From Mobula hypostoma (Eukaryota), in NCBI RefSeq assembly GCF_963921235.1, contig NC_086108.1, positions 26,288,001 through 26,352,000 on the forward strand: a stretch of 64,000 bases of DNA, in the 5' to 3' direction. The notes beneath the pieces are model-generated. The model saw nothing but the letters and a program-made list of their open reading frames with translations, was not told where the DNA came from and ran no database searches. Below, one piece after another: positions 60,271 to 64,000 of this stretch; position 1 is the stretch's first letter, and the number at the start of each line of letters is the position of its first letter. A program made the translations under genes and the position numbers.

Positions 60271-62069
60271 GAGTAGGGCTCTCTATGTATCAACTCAGAA
60301 AACCTTCTTGGACGCATCTCACAAATTCCACCCCAGTCAGAACCTTAACACTCTGGATGGCTCAATCAATATAATGGAAATTAAAATCTCCCACTAATAC
60401 AACCCTGTTATTCTTACAACTGTGAGATAAATTTCTCTACAGACCTAATCCTCAAGTTCCCACTGACTAATGATGGGGGGTGGAGGTATGTGGGGAGATA
60501 TCTATAGTACAAAGCCACTAGAGGGACACTCCCTTTTTTCCCTTCTAGGTTCTGTCTATTTGGTCTTTCTGGATAATCCCCAAATATGTTACCCCTAAGT
60601 AATGCTGTTTCTTCCTCCTAATCAAAAAAGGCTGCACCCACTCCTTGCTTAGCTGTATCTCTGTTACACCCTTAGCATCTGTATCTTGGAATATTGAGAT
60701 GCCAATCCTGCTCTTCTTTCGGCTGGTTTTTGTATGACTTTTTAATTAACAAGCAGCCTTACCTAGCCTTTCTGAATATTGAAGACCACCGACACCAGGT
60801 TCACACAAAGCCATAGCTGTTCAGATAATTCTCTAGGTCTTCCCTCTTGTAGTAGCTTGTCGTTAGCTGTTGGAATGAATCCATTTTGTTCACTGCCAAT
60901 GTGTGTAGTTAATGATACCCCAGAAAGCTAATCAGGTGTAAGTAAGTGAAATTACAAATTTCATCCTTTGCAGAACTACTATTAATACAGCACCAGCGAA
61001 ATGATTGATTTTTAATGGCCACTATACTCCGTTAGAAATACCCGTTATCAGACCCTCAGACAATGAAGGCTTCAGCCATGTCAGCAGAATGTAGTACCAA
61101 ATATTTAAAAATTGCTTCACTTTTCTCCACTTATGTCACAGTTGAACTAATGGAGTGCAGCCTTTCTGAAATAAAGGTTCCACTACATTACCAATGAAGA
61201 GTTTAAATTTATATACATGAAGTAAGCCACAATCAAAAGTACACATCCAGCATGGGAGATTCTCCCTTTTACTGTGTGCATGGGCCTTTCATACTGACCT
61301 TAGAGAAATTTCACCTTCAAATCATCGCAATACTCGCAAAGTTGCCGCAATCTGCAAACAGATTGTGTCCATTATATTACAAACCAACCACTTTTCATGT
61401 GAGGATCTGGCTCAAAGGGACTCCAGGGAACAAAAAGGAATTGGTATTCTGCAATGTTTCACACAAAGACTTTTAAAAAAAAGCAAATATGTATTTTTAT
61501 CATTAAATCAATTTAAAGCCAAGTCAAGCCTAAGGTTTTGTTTTCTGACAAACAACAATGTTTAGAATACTCTCAAACCTTTGACGTGACAGAGTTGAAG
61601 AATGCTATTAGGCTAATCTTGTTGTGTAGTAGCTCTTTGCTGAAAATAACAGGTCCATTTGAACCCCTTAATCCAGAACTACCTTCTGCTTCTATTCTTT
61701 TTTTTCTCACTGCTCCTTCTTAGATGAAATCACTTTGGCTTCCTAAAGCAAGGTATGAACATGAAAGCCAGAAATGTTTCAGAGTGTAGTATAGCAACTT
61801 GTGAATTCACCAATGAAAATAGTAGCTCAGATGGGTGGATAATTTTGAAACCATGAGTGGCTTCCTATCAATCTGGGCTATTCTCAGCAGCCCCGCAAAA
61901 CGGCTGTTCCTAATATATACATCATAAACATAATCCCATTCCTCAACTGTCCTGTTTTATATCCTTTTGGACTACTCCAATATACATCAAGTCGAACACC
62001 CACCACAACATCTCTATTAAGACTACCTAATAAAGTGTTAGGTATTCCCAGCAGAGTCATGCACATTTT

Positions 62070-62338
62070 CCATCCAGCGTGTTGGGCTCACGATCTGAAG
62101 GTCGTGGGTTCGAGTCTCGGCCAAGGCAGTATGTTGTGTCCTTGAGCAAGGCACTTAACCACACACTGCTCCAGTCCACCCAGCTGAAAATGGGTACTGG
62201 CAAATGCTGGGGGTTAAACTCGTGATAGACTGGCGTCCTATCCGGCGGGGGGTGGGGTGACGGGGTAGTCTCGTACTCTCAGTCGCTTCACACCGGCCTG
62301 ATGGGCCACAAAAGGCTCGGGACAGACTTTAACTTTAA
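62070..62338 (+). mobile_element. tRNA-derived CORE-type SINE with (ACTTTA)n tail
   Basis: B box GGTTCGAGTCT; CORE-like TGTGTCCTTGAGCAAGGCACTTAACC; CCACCCAGCTG..AAATGGGTAC; tail CCGGCCTGATGGGCCAC..GGCTCG..GACTTTAACTTT. Confidence 0.75.
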
Positions 62339-62919
62339 TAGTACTTCCATAACTGGGAACAAAAATAACTCCAGAGACTTCAGAAAAGCCAGGCTGACCA
62401 ATTTTTTGAGCAGCACCCTGCTGCCAAGAGTTGATAACTTTCAAATGCAATATTAAACTTTCTGTACTTGCCCCTTCAAGTGAATGCAGAAAATCTGACA
62501 ACATTGTTTGGAAGAGGAGCACTGCAATGTGTTCTGTGTTCTATCTAATATTAACCTCCCCAGCCAGAAATACTAAGAGACCTTTGGTGACCCTAATGAT
62601 TGGCTGCTATGTTTCCTATATAGCAATTGTCTACACTTCAAAAATTTACTTAACTGGCTCTAGACTGTTGAAGCCAAGTGGGATTGTGTATGAGAGTACT
62701 TCATCCATTTCATTTATGTTCAAAATGGTTTGCAAGTTATGAATGATGTTGACACAGTCCTGGGCTGACTATTGTTGAAGATCTAATAAAACAGCAAAGT
62801 AATCGCTTGAATACTTTCATGAGTGTTGCATTGTTCTGTCACGGTACACTGCCAATCTTGTCCAACAAAAAGAGAGAAAATGAACTTGGACTTCAATAGA
62901 TCACTGCATAGACACCATC

Positions 62920-63232
62920 AAGTAATATAGCATGGAAACAGGCCCTTTGCTTCACCAAGTCCACATCAACCATCAAGCACCCTAACATATCGTATCTTCT
63001 TATTCTCTGCACATTCCCACCAACTCCACCCTCAGCCTACACCAGAGGTAATTTACACCTGGGTAATTCACAATTGCCAATTAACCTACCGACCTAGATA
63101 TCTTTGGGGTGAACATTGTGAGGATATCCACACAGTTATAAACAGAATATGCAACCTCCACATAAACATCTCTGGAAGTCAGGATTTTACCTAGGGTGAG
63201 GCATCAGCTCTCCTAGCTGTGTTGCAGTGCCA
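62920..63232 (-). mobile_element. Old V-SINE (HE1-like)
   Basis: GCCAATTAACCTACC...TCTTTGG and CR1-like tail AGCATGGAAACAGGCCC. Confidence 0.6.
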
Positions 63233-63264
63233 GTCTTGATTAACATGAGATGGCAGCTACTGTA

Positions 63265-63510
63265 TCTATTTATTTATATTGAGCTACAGTGCGGAGTAGG
63301 CCTGCTGGCCCTTCAAGCAACGCCCGATTTAACCCTCGTCCAATCCAGGGACAATTTACACTGACCAATTAACCTACCAACCGGTACAGCTCCAGACTGT
63401 GGCAGGAATCCAGAGACCCAGAGGAAAGTCATGTGGTCACAGCAAGAACGTATAGACAGCAGTGGGAAATGAACCCGGGTCGCTGATGCTGACCACTACA
63501 CTACTCTGCA
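63265..63510 (-). mobile_element. V-SINE (HE1-like)
   Basis: CAATTTACACTGACCAATTAACCTACCAACCGGTAC..., TGAACCCGGGTCGCTG, ACCACTACACTAC. Confidence 0.8.
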
Positions 63511-64000
63511 TCCATATTGTGCATACAGGAGGGGAAAGGCACAGGCAGAGACAGTATGATGTCAAAAATGTAATCTTTTAATCTAAATCAAAATATGAGG
63601 AAATATTCTAATTAGCTGATAAAAGCAGCACAGGTTGAGACTGCAGTAAGACTGGCCATTCCTTCTACTGATCCTACAGATTATATGTCTTCAGGTGTTA
63701 TTTTATATCCTTGGATAACATTTTGTTTAAAAGTCACGAGTAAGCAGGGAAAACATCTTTGCTTCCTCTTTGAGTGATCTAGTAGCAGACACTTAGGGAT
63801 AAAGCTGATTCAATTCTCCCCATCACTTGAGATTGCAGTATTTGCTCATGCTCCTTATTTAAATAAGTCCTATCTTTAACAATATGTTTACCCAGCTCCT
63901 TAATGAACAGGTTAAGTGAGATAGCAACTGCATTGGCTTCCATGATTTATTTTCTCCATTTACCAAGCATCCCAGCCCCATCTGAGCAAATATTCAAATA

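Larger units (their letters stand above)
56890..60720 (-). mobile_element. Old CR1 remnants hosting PLE and RTE insertions
   Basis: CR1 3' UTR at 56890-57090; reversed ORF2 remnants (...AGAATTATGGTCACTAG = SDHNS; ATTTCTCTACAGACC). Confidence 0.65.

Noticed and set aside
59446..60317. Long alternative-frame and antisense ORFs (255 and 236 aa) over the PLE, and similar ones at 24207, 26602, 19208 and 53287
   Set aside because: Shadow frames of C-rich retroelement sequence.

Overview
Eukaryotic, repeat-dense vertebrate DNA. The repeat repertoire points to a cartilaginous fish, probably a ray (inference): V-domain/HE1-like SINEs, CR1 LINEs with octamer tails, Rex1/Babar and RTE LINEs, and Neptune-type Penelope-like elements (PLEs). 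No prokaryotic genes, operons or CRISPR arrays are present. The only host-gene candidate is a probable terminal coding exon at the left edge (+ strand; frame 2 ends ...PPDCCSC*), followed by a candidate ~2.9-kb 3' UTR. The remainder is intergenic or intronic sequence filled with transposons: several PLEs, CR1/Rex1/RTE LINEs, a Passport-like Tc1, a Buster-type hAT disrupted by a solo LTR, MITEs, SINEs and a 46-bp minisatellite. The most notable system is the PLE family. Its pseudo-LTR (pLTR) carries a minimal hammerhead ribozyme motif (AGTC-CTGANGA-AGGG..CCY-GAAA-CG-TC-GACT). Insertions from ~130 bp to ~3 kb repeatedly show a complete pLTR with a ~30-nt tail at one end and an inverted tail-less pLTR at the other. 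Six independent insertions have a ~13-bp target-site duplication (TSD). All family names come from motif recognition, not database searches, and most boundaries of old repeats are approximate.
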